Source of the DNA: Hamiltosporidium tvaerminnensis FI-OER-3-3
Lineage: Eukaryota; Fungi; Microsporidia
Direction: 5' to 3'
Length of the DNA stretch: 64,000 nt
Assembly: GCA_022605425.2 (NCBI GenBank)
Contig: CM061249.1
Location: forward strand, 558,001 to 622,000
Both the position numbers and the translations under genes were made by a program. Positions 1 to 12,600 of this stretch are shown piece by piece (the stretch's first letter is position 1; every line of letters begins with the position of its first letter). The notes under the pieces were generated by a model that had not been told where the DNA came from, ran no database searches, and was given only the letters and a program-made list of their open reading frames with translations.

Positions 1-501
1 AACTATAACAACTTTTATTTTAAATGAAAAACAAAGAAATTCATTCGAACTATATACTTTAGAAAATAAATGGTTTTCGACTATAAATATAAAAAACATT
101 TCAATTTTATCGTTAATTCTATAATATTATCTAAAAAATTTTCTTTTTAAATTTTCGATTTTTATAAAATATACATTCGAATTTCGATTATAAATTTATA
201 TGAATTGCAATCCAGGACTTGTTATTTGTGTTGTTTAGAATTAATATCATCTTTTCTTTAATATTATAATTTACCTATCTGAATAAATTGTTTTTTAAGT
301 TTATATTACTCACAAAACAGAATACAAGATTTAATTCAGAAAAAAGCGAATAATTAAAAATTCATATTTTCCAAATATCAAATAAATTAAAATTTAAAAG
401 TAAATGAATATTTTGAAAGCTTTTGTGGTTTTCATAATCTATGGTTCATTATAAAAATATTTATTCCTTATATTATAAACCAAATCTTTTTTTAATTAAA
501 A

Positions 502-1195
502 ATTGCATCTTTTTAAAAAAGTAGAAAGGAATTTGTTTTCAAAACCTTGAAGAAGTCCTGAGTTCGAATTGGATAAATGTTCACGCAAATTTATACCAGC
601 ACTCCTAGAAACCTATATCAAATAGCTTTTAGTTTAATGAAGTCTAGAACCTATTGTATTGGGAAGTATTTCCCCGGGTTCATAAATTTAGGTTGCATTA
701 GGCTATTGCAAACAATGCCGCAGCTCGAGGCTTTAAAACCAAAAGCATTTCTTTTTATTCAATACTTCCCGAATCTCATAAACATCCAGCCAAGATATAT
801 CTCGGCGACTTACATGGGGTCCACCTATTGTAGCAAAGTCCTACCAAAACCTATAAACTGCTACCTAGCTTTCCCTGCTTTTAAAGGGAATTTTTTTATA
901 TTGTCCAAGCGCTAGGTATTTTGATTCGAGTAGGCAAGATTATTTTTAATTTGCTTCCGAAGAGAAATCATCATAATTTAGATCGTAATTTCGATCTAAA
1001 CACATTTTAACGATCAAATTTTTCTTGAAAAGGTTTCATCATTTTCTAGAGTTCGTTCCCAAAAAAAAAATCTCACATTTTTAAACAGAATGTACTGTTG
1101 ATTCCATCCTAGTCAAACCTTAAACAATGTTTTTCAGACCAATTTCAAATATATATCACCAGGTATTAGTGTTGATTCAGTTTACACTTTCTACT
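502..1195 (-). ncRNA. Family A structured ~700-nt RNA-like dispersed repeat, copy A1 (diverged)
   Basis: Reverse complement aligns by eye with the copies at 33.7, 50.5, 52.7, 57.1 and 63.5 kb (e.g. AAGATATATCTCGGCGACTTACATGGGGTCCACCTA, CTGCTACCTAGCTTTC, 3' end GCATCTTTTTAAAA). Helix ACCUAGC/GCUAGGU replaces the ACUUAGC/GCUAAGU of other copies. The overlapping ORF 577-915 is probably spurious. Confidence 0.7.
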
Positions 1196-2179
1196 GCCAA
1201 ATAACGACAAACTATTATATTATTATCCAAGGGTTGCCAAACTTTGTGGCTCGCGACCCATATTGACTTCATAAAAAGTTTCGCAGGCTGAGAACTCATA
1301 ATATTTTATACATGCGCATTTAAAAGTATATCTTTTATGGTTACCATTAATATTTTATGATCAAATTTTCAGAGTTTCATCCATACGTTCAAAAAAATCA
1401 AAATGTATTTAACCATAGTTTTAAAAAAAAATTTAAATGTAAATCAATAATTTAAATTAAAAAGGAAGAAATAAATAAATAGAGATATATACTTTGGAAA
1501 ATTATGTCAATTCAAAGAGTAGAGCATTTATAATCTCATCATTTCACCAAAAAATACAAAGAAAATTAATATTAAATAATTTTTAATTTATACTTTTGCC
1601 TTTTAAGCTTGGCCTACATGCCGTCAGCTGTCTCATCCTTATTTTACTCTGATAGTATAAATGTTAAAATTAACAATAGCTCATAAAATATGCATGACAA
1701 GCCCGAATTTTTATAATTAACAAGGTAAACAGATTTAATTAGATTCTGATCAAATGATTTACATGCGACTTGTAAATTTGCCAATTCAAACTGAGTTTAA
1801 TAAAACAGACTGATAAAAACATATTTATAATTTGGCGTCGAACCCTAGATTTATTAGAAAAGTGCAATGTTTTTATCACTATATCAATTGGTTAGTGTGA
1901 TCTTAATAAAAAAAACATAAAATTATGTCTTTGATAATTTTTTTTACTATTTTTTATCTTTTCTTTGCAATTGATACTGTTAAGTTATGTCAAAATTATC
2001 AAAACCAACTTCTCAATATTACCCAATATAAAAAAATATCTTATTTGTATAACCAGTATGTTTTTTTTAATTGCATAACTGAATAAAGAAGCTCATAAAC
2101 TTTATTTTTCGTTGTAAATTTAATTCAACCATACTGTATTCTTAATTGGTCTTTTTATTCTCTTAATTTGAATATATAT

Positions 2180-4200
2180 GAATACGGAGAAAAACAACTA
2201 GATAGTGAATGAAAAATTTTAAAGAACAATGGAGTACCTAGTATTTTGCTATTGAGTCAAGCAATACGAAATATGTATTATTTGTAGAGAAACTATTTCG
2301 GTCATTAAGAATACAATATAAAACTCATTATGAACGAAACTTATAAGTATAATTCGAAATATACTGGAAGTCTAGGTGTGAAGAAATATTAAATTTTAAA
2401 ATGCGGGTTAAAATCTCAACAAGCGTTGTTTAAGAAATTAAATGCTAACTAAGAAGCAGCAATCCAAGCTAATTTTCTTGTGAATTATTTATTTGCAAAA
2501 CGTGGGGAACCTTGTACAACCGGTGAATTTATTAGAGATTGTATCATTGCTGCTACATTAGAAATGTGCTCAGAAAAAATTAATACGTTCAAAAACATTA
2601 GTTTGTCTGTCAACACAATAGCGAAAAAAGCAGACGGATTAGTAAAAAATATATTTACATGGTTTTCCGACCATCATAGACACTTATAATGTGGTTCTTT
2701 GGCTCTTATACTTACCGGTTATTTCCGATATAGCTCAATTTTTGCTTTTGATTCGCGTGTGATCTGAATCATAAAGTGTAGGAAGAGATTTTGGACGTTT
2801 CGAGCATTCATTGCAGAGCTACTGGACAAGATATTTTTATAAAGTAAAAAATATATTGAAAAGAATAACCTTCGATAGAAAAACTTTAAGTTAAATATCT
2901 GATAGTCGAGAAAAATAGTGCACAAAAATAAAGGCGTAGTTGCTCTCGTACTTAGAGTGGTAGAAAAGGACGGAGCTCAAGCTATCGATAATAAATCGCA
3001 TTTTTATCAATAGTCGTAAATAGGAAATGCTTGGGCATGACAGAAGTTTTAAAACCACTAATAACTACATCTAACCATATCAAATTCAAAGTACACAATC
3101 ATCGCCAATTTCTTAAGCTTATTGAAGAAATAGAAGAAAATGATTGGTCTTGTTCTACTGTAATTCGCTGGATCAGCCGTGGAAAAGTTTTGAAGCTGTT
3201 TTCAAACTTGAAAAATCATCAAAATATTTTTACACTGAAGGGTACGCCCTCTTGTTGTGTTACTAAATAACGAATGGCTATGGGAACTGGCTTTAAATAT
3301 AGATTTATCTAAACCGATGAATGATCTCAGTCTAAAATTATAAGGAACAATTGTATACTACGAGAACACACTTCATATTATATAATTTGTCAAAAAATGG
3401 GTTTTTTCGATCCTAAATAAACGAAAAATGTTTCATTAATTTCAGTACGGGCCAAATATTGAGTGAACATTGAGCAATGTTAATCCCACCGAAGCTGCAT
3501 TAGAAACTTTAGATATTTTAAAAAAATTGATAATTAATAATTTATAATTTTCGTTTTTTGGATTTCGATTTGGTATCAAACTAGATTAAAATATTCAAAA
3601 ACTTTTTACTACTGATTGTGAAACTTTCGCTCCAGAAATTCAATTGGAAATAATATGTACGTTTGAATTGAAATTTTAAAAGAAAACCATTTAAATTCTA
3701 CAATACTGGATTTTATAAAAGTCTTTTACATACACAATTTACTAACTTCATTAAGTTGTTTAGAGGATTTATTTCCGCTTTTAGCATTACCTATCTTTGT
3801 AAACAAATATTCTCTGCAATGAAATACACAAAGAATATTTCATCATCCTCAGCACTACATTCCTTCAAGAGCCTTGGCCGTCTTCCGTAATACCGCCCAT
3901 CGGTCTTTTTCCAGTGGGTTTATTTACTTTTTTTGATTCGTACCAAGATGGTTTTAAAGGGTGGGTTTTTAGCTCTACGCCCAACTGGAGAACCCGTCCT
4001 TTTTAGCCGCCTCCTACGATAAGCAGAGAACGAACCAAGCGAATTCTGCTCCCGGCATGGTGGGAAATAAAGAATATTTACAGGTCTAAATTAACAGACA
4101 AGCACTTGAAACATTTATTGATAATTTAACAGGTAAATTAGACTTACAATTTCAAGAAATTTTTACCGACAAATCTCAACAACATTATTCTAATTTTTAA
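2180..4200 (+). pseudogene. hAT transposase pseudogene, GTF2IRD2-like
   Basis: Frameshifted fragments: FKEQWS..YF, C-x2-C (CIICRETIS), GEPCTTGEFIRDCI..ISLSVNTIA (ORF 2480), VIRWISRGKVLKLF (ORF 3031), and the C-terminal dimerisation motif FSAMKYTKNI/YRSKLTDKHL, which is split by the retroposon at 3841. Confidence 0.8.
3841..4068 (-). mobile_element. Family B: ~230-bp RTE-derived non-autonomous retroposon (SINE-like), copy B1
   Basis: Homologous to 45556-45790 and 56652-56886. Flanked by an 11-bp direct repeat AAAGAATATTT (3830-3840, 4069-4079). Removing the element restores the transposase reading KYTKNIYRSKLTD. Confidence 0.85.
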
Positions 4201-4645
4201 TAAATTATGCCACTAATTTTTTATATTAATTCTGGTTTTTAGTTTAAAATAATGGGAAAACGATATGGTTTATAAAAATGTTTAAACTCAAATAAATTTT
4301 CTTTTTATTATGAAAAATAGAAAAAATAGTCGTTAAATGTAATTTTTTTGTATAATATATGGAAATTTATATTATTTTAGCTTAAAAAACGAGCCTATCC
4401 TTCAAGAAAAAAATTGTGCGGTAGTTGGAAGTAATGTCTGGGCTACTGCCGCAGCCGTAGTTTGGAAACCTCTGGCTCATGAACAATTTTAAAAATTTTG
4501 AAATACTAAGAATGATAGACAGTCATTATAAAATCAAAAAAAGTCAAATCATTTTATCATCACAAAACCTGATTAAAATACTCTTCAAAATTAGAAATAA
4601 ATATTTAATGTAAAAATTATTCAAAAATAGAAAAACGCTATCATA

Positions 4646-5377
4646 TTATTCATTATAATGATTGTATAACACGTTAATGTTTTTCATTTCTAAAGAGAAT
4701 AAAAATATCAAATAATGTATGCTTAACAACAATGATTGTTTGAAGCCGTTTTTCCGAATTAAATATATGAATGTGCTTAGAATTACAAAAATATAACTCG
4801 TAAATTTGTATAGAAATAATTCTTTATCGAAAAGGAAAAATATTTTCTCGAAAATACTTTCTGAGACAATAAGCACATAAACAATACAGCAAAACTTGAA
4901 AAATATAATGAAAGAAACCTTTTTCTTAATAAAATTACAATTGTTATAACGTATAGAAATACACAAATGTATTACAAATTTTAGTATAGCATATAAAATC
5001 TTTGATTTCAAATCTAAATTATAGCGAAAATCAAAACTATGTTTATCCATCATTAATTCTGTTATGATAGATACATGAATTAATAAAATGGTTGTTAAAT
5101 CGAATTTAGAAAAGCGAATAGAGCTCTGAGAATAATTCTGATTCAAAATATTAGATAGACATAATAAAACAGAAAGCAGATAATATTTTATAAAAATATC
5201 TCTCAGAGGAAAATCTTTATCCATCATTTTATGTTTATAAGCGACTGCAAAAAAGACTAATAAGAAAAATACCCAAAATAGAGACATATAAAACAAGCCA
5301 AATATAATTTTGTAAACTCTGGGCAGCATATCTCTTATAAATCTAATAACCTTCTTTTTCTTCTGCTTCGTATTCAT
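4646..5377 (-). CDS. Lineage-specific multi-pass membrane protein (family M)
   Basis: 243-aa ORF with a basic N-terminus and about 7 hydrophobic segments. Shares YNNCNFIKKKVS, KELFLYK and RKNG motifs with the ORFs at 37.6 and 43.0 kb. Confidence 0.8.
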   Translation of the reverse strand: MNTKQKKKKVIRFIRDMLPRVYKIIFGLFYMSLFWVFFLLVFFAVAYKHKMMDKDFPLRDIFIKYYLLSVLLCLSNILNQNYSQSSIRFSKFDLTTILLIHVSIITELMMDKHSFDFRYNLDLKSKILYAILKFVIHLCISIRYNNCNFIKKKVSFIIFFKFCCIVYVLIVSESIFEKIFFLFDKELFLYKFTSYIFVILSTFIYLIRKNGFKQSLLLSIHYLIFLFSLEMKNINVLYNHYNE

Positions 5378-5699
5378 TTAAGAGCTATAATATTAGATTT
5401 ATAATCAATTAAATGAACCCAAAAAACGATTTTTTAATTTAATAAATTAAAAGAATACTAATGATCTAATCTTTTATTCTATTTATATTTTTTTATCGAG
5501 AAATATTCCTTCTTTTAAAAAAACGATAGAGATTAACAAATAATTCTTTTTTCATTTAAAATAAAAATAAACAATAATTTTTAAGAAATAAGTAATTGCA
5601 ATTCAATAGAATAAATGCATTGCATCAATAATTTTTAGTAAATACATTCAATATACGATAAAATTTTCAGCTACTAAGTCGTTTTTCTTTTTGATTTTG

Positions 5700-6960
5700 G
5701 CCTGCTTCATCTCATCTCTTTGCTCGTTTTATTTGAGCAGACCTATGTACTTGATCCTTTTGTATATTTCATTCATTTAATTTCTTGTTTTTATCATTTT
5801 ATCTATAAACTGTATAATTAATTTTTGTATTAGTTGCTTAATATCTTCTTTATAGCTAGCGGGTATGTGTAGCGATGCAGTGATTTTTCATATCTCTGGG
5901 TTTCTTTATGACCTAAAGAAATTCACCTGACCGGCTTTGATTGGAATTTGATCTTGACTTGAAACCTTTTCGTCGATCAACAATAATTGGTTCAATTGTT
6001 TATTTCCGTAATATCGAATCAATATATGTCTCTATTATTATTGGTCGTTTGAGATTCTTAAAGTACTTCGTATGATATTAAGTCAAGGTAGCATCTTATA
6101 TCATTACATATGAGACAATCTGAACTTGGTACATGGACAAACCCAATGCATGTCAAAAAAGTCGTTTTTCTTGGTTTTTCAGTTGCAACAATTTTAAGTA
6201 AACCCTTTGAAGTAATTTAAACTTCGATCAGTGTAATCTCATCTAATTTCTAATTCAAGTATATATGATCGATCTTTACTTTGAATTAGGATAGCCATTT
6301 TTATACCGGTGTCTACTTTTATTTCATTTACTGATCCTTATAGTTTCTTAAATTGAGGATTTATATTTCGTTTGTAGAGTTCAAATTATGTTTATTTAGA
6401 AGTAAATGTCGAAAGCAAAACACTTTATTATTATGTTTAGCACATATTAATTCGTACTCATAAACTTCCAGATTGTAAATGGTTACATTATTTTCAAAGT
6501 TTCCTCAATAATAATACTGTCTCTTTACTATCAAAAAACACATTTTTTTCTTGAAAAAAACGGATTGCTGCTCCATAAAAGACACTCTATTTCTTCATAA
6601 GCCATTTATAAGAATCCAAGACATAGTGACTTATTGTTTTTAGCCAAATGTAGCTTTGAGTGAATTTCTGTTCATATTTTGCTTTATAAGTTTGCTTTTG
6701 GTGTTATTTCGAATACTTTTTTCGTGGTTTCTCCTTCAAACCTATATTTTACTTGGATAATTACTTTTGTAGTATAAAGTGTTTTTTATTATCATTTTTC
6801 ATCTTGAGCCGCTGTTCAGTTAGATATTTCTTCATTTCAAGCCAGAAAAATTAAGAGTTTCAAAAGCCTATTTTTTTCAAGCCAACAACATGAATGGCTT
6901 CTTCTAGGTTGGTATTGAGGCGGTAAAAGCCCTCTTTACATTCTAATGTGAGATTTAATA
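5700..6960 (-). pseudogene. Possible decayed LTR-retrotransposon gag/protease remnant
   Basis: Minus strand near 6305-6335 reads GSVNEIKVDTG, an aspartic-protease D-T-G-like motif. Heavily disrupted; boundaries approximate. Confidence 0.3.
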
Positions 6961-7179
6961 TTGATTATTACCAAATTATAATTTTATAATTAAAAAATCT
7001 TATATAACATACGTTTATTTACTTACTTAAATTAGTGAATTATTCATCAACAAATGAATCAATTAATGATTGATTGCTTCAAGAAATCATAAGCTTTATT
7101 ACTGAAATGAATAGAATATTGATAGAAAGAAGAAATATAATATTTAAAAGTTAGAGAGTTTTACTAAAGAATACCTTTT

Positions 7180-9822
7180 TTAATTGTTATTTTCATTGCC
7201 TTTCGATTCCACACAGACAATGGCACGATCCTTCCATACAGAATGATTATATAAATCAATTTTGCTTAGTTTAAAGATTATTTCTTTAATTTTATCTTTA
7301 AAGTCCCAATCAAGAAAATTTCGCTTTGATAAATTCCAAAAGAACGTTGATAATTCGTCGAGGTTTTTAAATTTTTCTTCGTAATATTCAATCAGAGTTG
7401 TTTTAAACAATTGAAATTCCGCATCTTTCATTTTCATTATATATTCGTGTAGATCATCAATAAATGAAAAAATTCTTTTTGTCAAAAAACCAGTGTCTTT
7501 TTCGCTTTGAACAATAAATTGTAAGAAACTTGCACCGAGAAAATTAGTAATAGACGAGGATACAACATAACCAAGAGTTTCTTTTGTTCTTAATGTATCA
7601 AAGAATTTTTCATGTCCAATCTGATAAATGAAATGTAAAGAAGCCAAATCATGATATGTTGGTTTAATACTGGCTTTTAAAAAAACAGCACATGCTTTAT
7701 TTAACTCATCATTTGATTTAAGATGTATTTTTATGTTTTCTTCTTTGATTTTTTGTTCAAAATTTTTAGAATTTTCAAAAACACCTGTGATTTTATTAAA
7801 AACCTTTAATCCGTCTTCATAACACAACGTTCCACAAACAAAAACTTCAGCCCAATATTTTTTTGGAATTTTTATCTCATTTAAATCCATCTTTTCTAGA
7901 ATTTCCATTTTTTCCTCGCTTGTAATAAAATTTGGCTCAAAAATTTGTTTGAATCCCTGATTTATTCTTCGATAAGGCATATCATATATTTCAGAAATAT
8001 AATTTTCATTTAAGCTTTCTTTAACAGTTTGAAACATATTTTCATCACACCAAGAATTAGAAATGAATTCATCGAAGAATATTTCTATCAAATCAGGTAA
8101 TTTTTTATTAAAACCCGTAAATATTATTTCAATTCCTTCGGAAATTGAATTAATTTGGAAATTCAACAACGATTTTTTCAAGAAACCGTCATATTTTTGC
8201 ACAAATTTTTCTTCAAACATTTCCAAGAAAACTTTAATCTGAACAATATTTCTATTTATTTCTTCGTTTTTCAACAAAACCATAATATGCGTTTTTGGAA
8301 TAGGAAACTCTTCGGAAAAATAATAATTTAATATTCCATTTTCGTTTTTATAAGAACGATTTTTTACCATCGACTTTTCCATCAAAAGATCTTCGATTTT
8401 TAATACATCACATTTATAAGAATCACATGGAATAATTTCAGAAATCTTCTCTCCAAGACTTGGCAAAAACTCTCCTAAATCATATTGAATATTATAAATG
8501 TTTTCTACTTCATCAAATTTACCATTTTGATTGATCAAAAACACCAACCATTTTTCCTGTGAACACATCAAACCAATCAAATCCAACAAAAATTTTTTGT
8601 CAAATTTTTTAAATAAATATTTATAATTCAAAACATTACCATAAGGGACATATTGAAGTGCCCTACATATATTCTCTACATGTTCTATCGGATGATTTTT
8701 TTCCAAAAATGTAAATTCAATATTTCTAATATTTTTAAGATCAGTATAATCATCTTCACTAATCTTTAAATTTTTTAAGTAAAAATATATTTCTTTAATA
8801 ACTTCAAAATAATTTTTACATCCTTTAGATGTCAAACAAACTGAAATAGAAAAATGAGTATAAGAATCCAAAGATTCATAATCTATATCAAGACCAAATG
8901 AATAACCTTTGTTTTTAAGAATATTAATTAAACTTCCTTGTTCTTCTTTAATCAATAAATATTCTATAAATTCATAAGGATTTATATCCAAATATAAATA
9001 TTCAGAAGGAAGAATTATATTTATCTGTAATTTTGAAATATCTTTCAATGGTTTGATTTTTATAATTCGGTTACAGAATTCGGGTTTAAAAGGATATTTT
9101 TCCATAATTTTAAAATTATCGTATAAAATCTTCTGATTATTGCAATTATTTTTATTGTTGATAACATCTTTAAACATCTCTATCGCCATATTTTTTAAAA
9201 CTTCGGGTGATTCTTTGGCGTATAAACAAACAGAAATATCGGCTGTATGATAATTTTGTGACCAAAATTCAATTAATTTATTTCTGATTTGGGGTTTCTT
9301 TAACGTTTCAAGATTACCAACAGTAAAATTTGATTCAGGTAAATCTGGATGGTAACATATCTCCAACATTCTTCTTATACGATACGATTCACTGCTTAAA
9401 CCCTTTTTAAATTCGGAATCTACCGCCATTATCTCCCTATCAACTGTATTTTCGATGAAAAGTGGTTTTTTAAAAAAATATGAAAATCTGTCTAACGCAC
9501 CTTTAAATTTACGATGTAAAATATCGAAATAATAAAGAGTAAGCTTATTATCTGTATATGCATTGCTCTCACCGCCATACTTCGAAATATAATCAAAGAA
9601 TTCATTTTCACTTGGGTATTTCTCTGTTCCCATGAATAACATATGTTCAAGAAAATGCGCCAAGCCAGAATAATCATTAGGATCATCATATGAACCTGTT
9701 TTAATTGAAACAGCACAAGCAGAACGATCTGCATTAATATCTGATATGTAAATCACTTTAACACCATTTTTCAGCTGTAAATATTCATATTTACAATCGT
9801 CTTGATTACTTTTACAAATCAT
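7180..9822 (-). CDS. M16A zinc metallopeptidase (insulin-degrading enzyme/Ste23-like insulinase)
   Basis: 880 aa. GLAHFLEHMLFMGTEKYP (inverted HxxEH), GGESNAYT, REIMAVDSEF, FFDTLRTKETLGYVV. CCC motif 5-7 nt upstream of the ATG. Confidence 0.96.
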   Translation of the reverse strand: MICKSNQDDCKYEYLQLKNGVKVIYISDINADRSACAVSIKTGSYDDPNDYSGLAHFLEHMLFMGTEKYPSENEFFDYISKYGGESNAYTDNKLTLYYFDILHRKFKGALDRFSYFFKKPLFIENTVDREIMAVDSEFKKGLSSESYRIRRMLEICYHPDLPESNFTVGNLETLKKPQIRNKLIEFWSQNYHTADISVCLYAKESPEVLKNMAIEMFKDVINNKNNCNNQKILYDNFKIMEKYPFKPEFCNRIIKIKPLKDISKLQINIILPSEYLYLDINPYEFIEYLLIKEEQGSLINILKNKGYSFGLDIDYESLDSYTHFSISVCLTSKGCKNYFEVIKEIYFYLKNLKISEDDYTDLKNIRNIEFTFLEKNHPIEHVENICRALQYVPYGNVLNYKYLFKKFDKKFLLDLIGLMCSQEKWLVFLINQNGKFDEVENIYNIQYDLGEFLPSLGEKISEIIPCDSYKCDVLKIEDLLMEKSMVKNRSYKNENGILNYYFSEEFPIPKTHIMVLLKNEEINRNIVQIKVFLEMFEEKFVQKYDGFLKKSLLNFQINSISEGIEIIFTGFNKKLPDLIEIFFDEFISNSWCDENMFQTVKESLNENYISEIYDMPYRRINQGFKQIFEPNFITSEEKMEILEKMDLNEIKIPKKYWAEVFVCGTLCYEDGLKVFNKITGVFENSKNFEQKIKEENIKIHLKSNDELNKACAVFLKASIKPTYHDLASLHFIYQIGHEKFFDTLRTKETLGYVVSSSITNFLGASFLQFIVQSEKDTGFLTKRIFSFIDDLHEYIMKMKDAEFQLFKTTLIEYYEEKFKNLDELSTFFWNLSKRNFLDWDFKDKIKEIIFKLSKIDLYNHSVWKDRAIVCVESKGNENNN

Positions 9823-9826
9823 AAAA

Positions 9827-9829
9827 GGG
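9827..9829 (-). promoter_or_regulatory. Microsporidian-type CCC motif upstream of the insulinase start codon
   Basis: Minus strand reads ACCCTTTT-ATG after an AT-rich tract. The same motif precedes ELC1, MVD1 and the 48.9-kb ORF. CCC/GGG-like motifs near start codons are an established microsporidian signal. Confidence 0.6.
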
Positions 9830-10038
9830 TCTGTTTAGATAAACAACAATAAATTATATAAAATTGAAAAATTAATTCTGAGACAATCAATGGACAAACA
9901 ATTTATTTAAATAGTTATTGAAATACAATTATACAATATAAATTTTATATTAAGTGGTTATTAGATATTAAAACATAAAATTTAAAGCAAAAATCATTAA
10001 TCAACAATTTTTTTATTTTATTTACGTATTTTTTTATG

Positions 10039-10740
10039 ATGTAGATGAGACAACCATATCAAAAACTTTATGTCTGGCAATGATTAGATGAAATTGGTCT
10101 AAAAGATATTTAATGGATCTTTGGGGAAACGATAACCAAATTACATTTTTGGATGTTTTGTGAGAATCTTATAAAAAGAAGACGGTCTAAAAACTGTGAA
10201 ATTTTTTCAACAAACTTACTTTGTAGTTCCCATGCAACTAAATTTATAACCACAACGAAAATATATATAATTATCATTTTAAATAATAAATCTATCCTTG
10301 CACACTTGGGTCAAAAGACCTATCACCTAAGAAATACCAAAAAGCATAGCCTTTAAAAAAGCAAGAAAGCTAAGTAGCAGATTTTGCCTTTTTTTATGAT
10401 CTTGATACGTCCGGAAAACCCCACGTAATTACTGAGATAAATCTTAGTTAAAATCTGGTCGTTTCAGTATGTGTAGGGTAATTCAGAAGACTTATTGATT
10501 TAGAGACCCCTAAAGCGAGTTTATATCTGCGTTCACAATATAGCAACAGAAATTAAAAAAACCAGGCCACGGCCTCGCTCATTTATGGAATAGAACACAT
10601 TTTAAAGTGAATTCCTTTTGTAGGTATATAAAGAATATGGGCTAGGGTTTTGGAGGATTGGTTATCTACTTAAAACCTAGAACTGCGTCAATGCTATGAA
10701 AATACATTGAGAGATTTAACTTTTTGAAATGTATATATGT
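10039..10740 (+). ncRNA. Family A structured RNA-like repeat, copy A2 (diverged)
   Basis: Contains the family motifs ACAACCAT..AAAAACTTT..TGGCAATG, GAAAGCTAAGTAGCAG, ATCTTAG, AGCAAC, CTCGCTCATT, TGTAGGTA and AAACCTAGAACTGCGTCAAT. Confidence 0.7.
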
Positions 10741-11559
10741 CACAGTCAATTTAATATGTTTTTCAAATAAAAATAGGTGTATTATGGTACAGTGAACAAA
10801 AATAAAAAATACTTAGGTTAACAAAAAAAATATCAATTCTAAAATTACTTATTTGTCCCCTCAACTCCCACTTTGGTGAAAGATCAAGTTACTCAGTGTT
10901 TTCTTCACAAAACTTGCATTTTTTGCAGATGCGGATCCAAATTTCAGCTACATCGACTATAACCTTGGCTCTTGGTCTGGTGGTCTGGTGATGATTCTTG
11001 CACATTCTCTCGAGAAAATCTCGATGCATAGAATTTCTTTGTACAAATAAACTCGGAATTACATATTTAAAATTCGTTTCTTAGGTAAATTTGATTCGAG
11101 ATTTAATAGCTCGTACCTAATTTATAGAGATTAGGATCTGTTATTTCGAAAAGAAAATACAAAATGTTCTTGCATCGGTACGATCTCTGTGATATCTAGG
11201 ACTTCGAATCACACCGTATCAATCTCTTTAGAGTCAGGAAATTTGGAATTAGAATTGTAATATTTTCTAGCGTTTTATATAAATGGCTTGCTGAAATTAT
11301 ATTTTTAAAAATTTAAAAATTGCTTTTTTTCAAACTATGATACACCAGAGTATAATCCTATTTTCGTTTCAACGTTTTGCATGACCAGAGACTAAAGGAT
11401 CACATGGCACTGAAAAAATTTCTTTCTCGTTCTCTGATATTAAAATTAGAACATGATTTAGGTTACAAAGTTGAATATTTTAACGAACTTTTCAATATAC
11501 AATATTTTCTCCTTTCTTTTTTGACTTCGTTCTATTGACTTGCCTAGTTTTCAGCGTAC

Positions 11560-12600
11560 GTTATTCAAGAGATTGTAAATTGTTCTGATATATTCATATA
11601 CCTTCAAGTCTTCTTCAGAATTTATTTTGGGCAGAACGTCTAAAGAAAGAAAACATTTTAAACCCACTCTTAACTATATTTCAAACATGGCTTCATACAG
11701 TGTACAGTTTATGGCACTATGAGGAACTCTGTTTTTCATAATCTGATTAAAACATAAGCCTTTTGGCAATTTTCTGCTGTCAAACCTTTCAGGCAAGTAT
11801 AAAACATATTTTGAACTTCTTTAGTTGCACCTTCAACATAGCTCTGACTTTGAGAGTCTTGGGCTTTTTTTCGTACCATCTTTAAATCGGGCCTTATTCT
11901 AGATAAGTCTTTAACTGTGTTATTATCAAATTCTCTGCGATTTTCAGTTTGCAGAATTGAAGGTGTATCAGAAACGATAAACCTTGCAACAATAAATACG
12001 CTATCTCGACTGTAGTTTTGGTTTTAAAAGGTCGAGGTTGAATATATTTAATATAATTCTTGTAGACAAGTATGAATTTATATTTATTATCTGCTCGTGG
12101 CTACTTTTTGATTAAAACTACTTGACTTCTTGGGTTATAACTTCGCCTGGTATCCATCTTACAATCAACACCTTATCGCCAAACTGCGTTTTTTTACAGG
12201 TAATAAATAAATAAAGGCACATTACTATCATTTATATTGTGATGCTTCAATGCTTTATATTTATCTTGTTTTCAAAACGTTTCTGACTCTCATGCTTAAA
12301 TGCAAAACTAGCATCATGTAAAATTAAGAATATCTTATCCTAGAATATATAAAACTAAACTATCTCTACGTTCCTCTACAGGAATTACAGGTTTTTTTTC
12401 TCACACAAAGTTATTACATCACACCTTGTATACGCCGATAATCTTTCGTTTTTTTCTCAATTCTATGTTTTTAGATGCCTTAACTTTTTATTTTAATTCC
12501 AAGTTTTGCTTCTTTGTGTGAGTTCGAGCATTCTGACGGTTTTATAGGCGCAAGGCATTGAGTTGTTTTTCGAAGGGCATTCAAATTACCAATATCGGTT
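11560..12600 (-). pseudogene. Decayed KRBA2/SCAND3-like (Ginger2-type) DDE integrase/transposase
   Basis: Minus strand 11810-11970 reads TPSILQTENRREFDNNTVKDL..PDLKMVRKKAQDSQSQSYVEGATKEVQNM. This matches the family pattern GAPSILQSDNGREF..P.LKIVHGKPRHSQSQGSVERAN. Multiple stops and frameshifts. Confidence 0.65.

Larger units (their letters stand above)
1228..4474 (+). mobile_element. Decayed hAT DNA transposon (GTF2IRD2/SPIN/Charlie-Buster-like)
   Basis: Imperfect TIRs: CAAGGGTTGCCAAACT (1228) and the reverse complement of AGTTTGGAAACCTCTG (4459-4474). Encloses transposase remnants. No matching 8-bp TSD, so the two ends may not belong to one insertion. Confidence 0.6.

Noticed and set aside
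577-915. ORFs 577-915, 10153-10356 and 28612-28797 as genes
   Set aside because: They lie within or overlap family A copies, and the frames are not conserved between copies.
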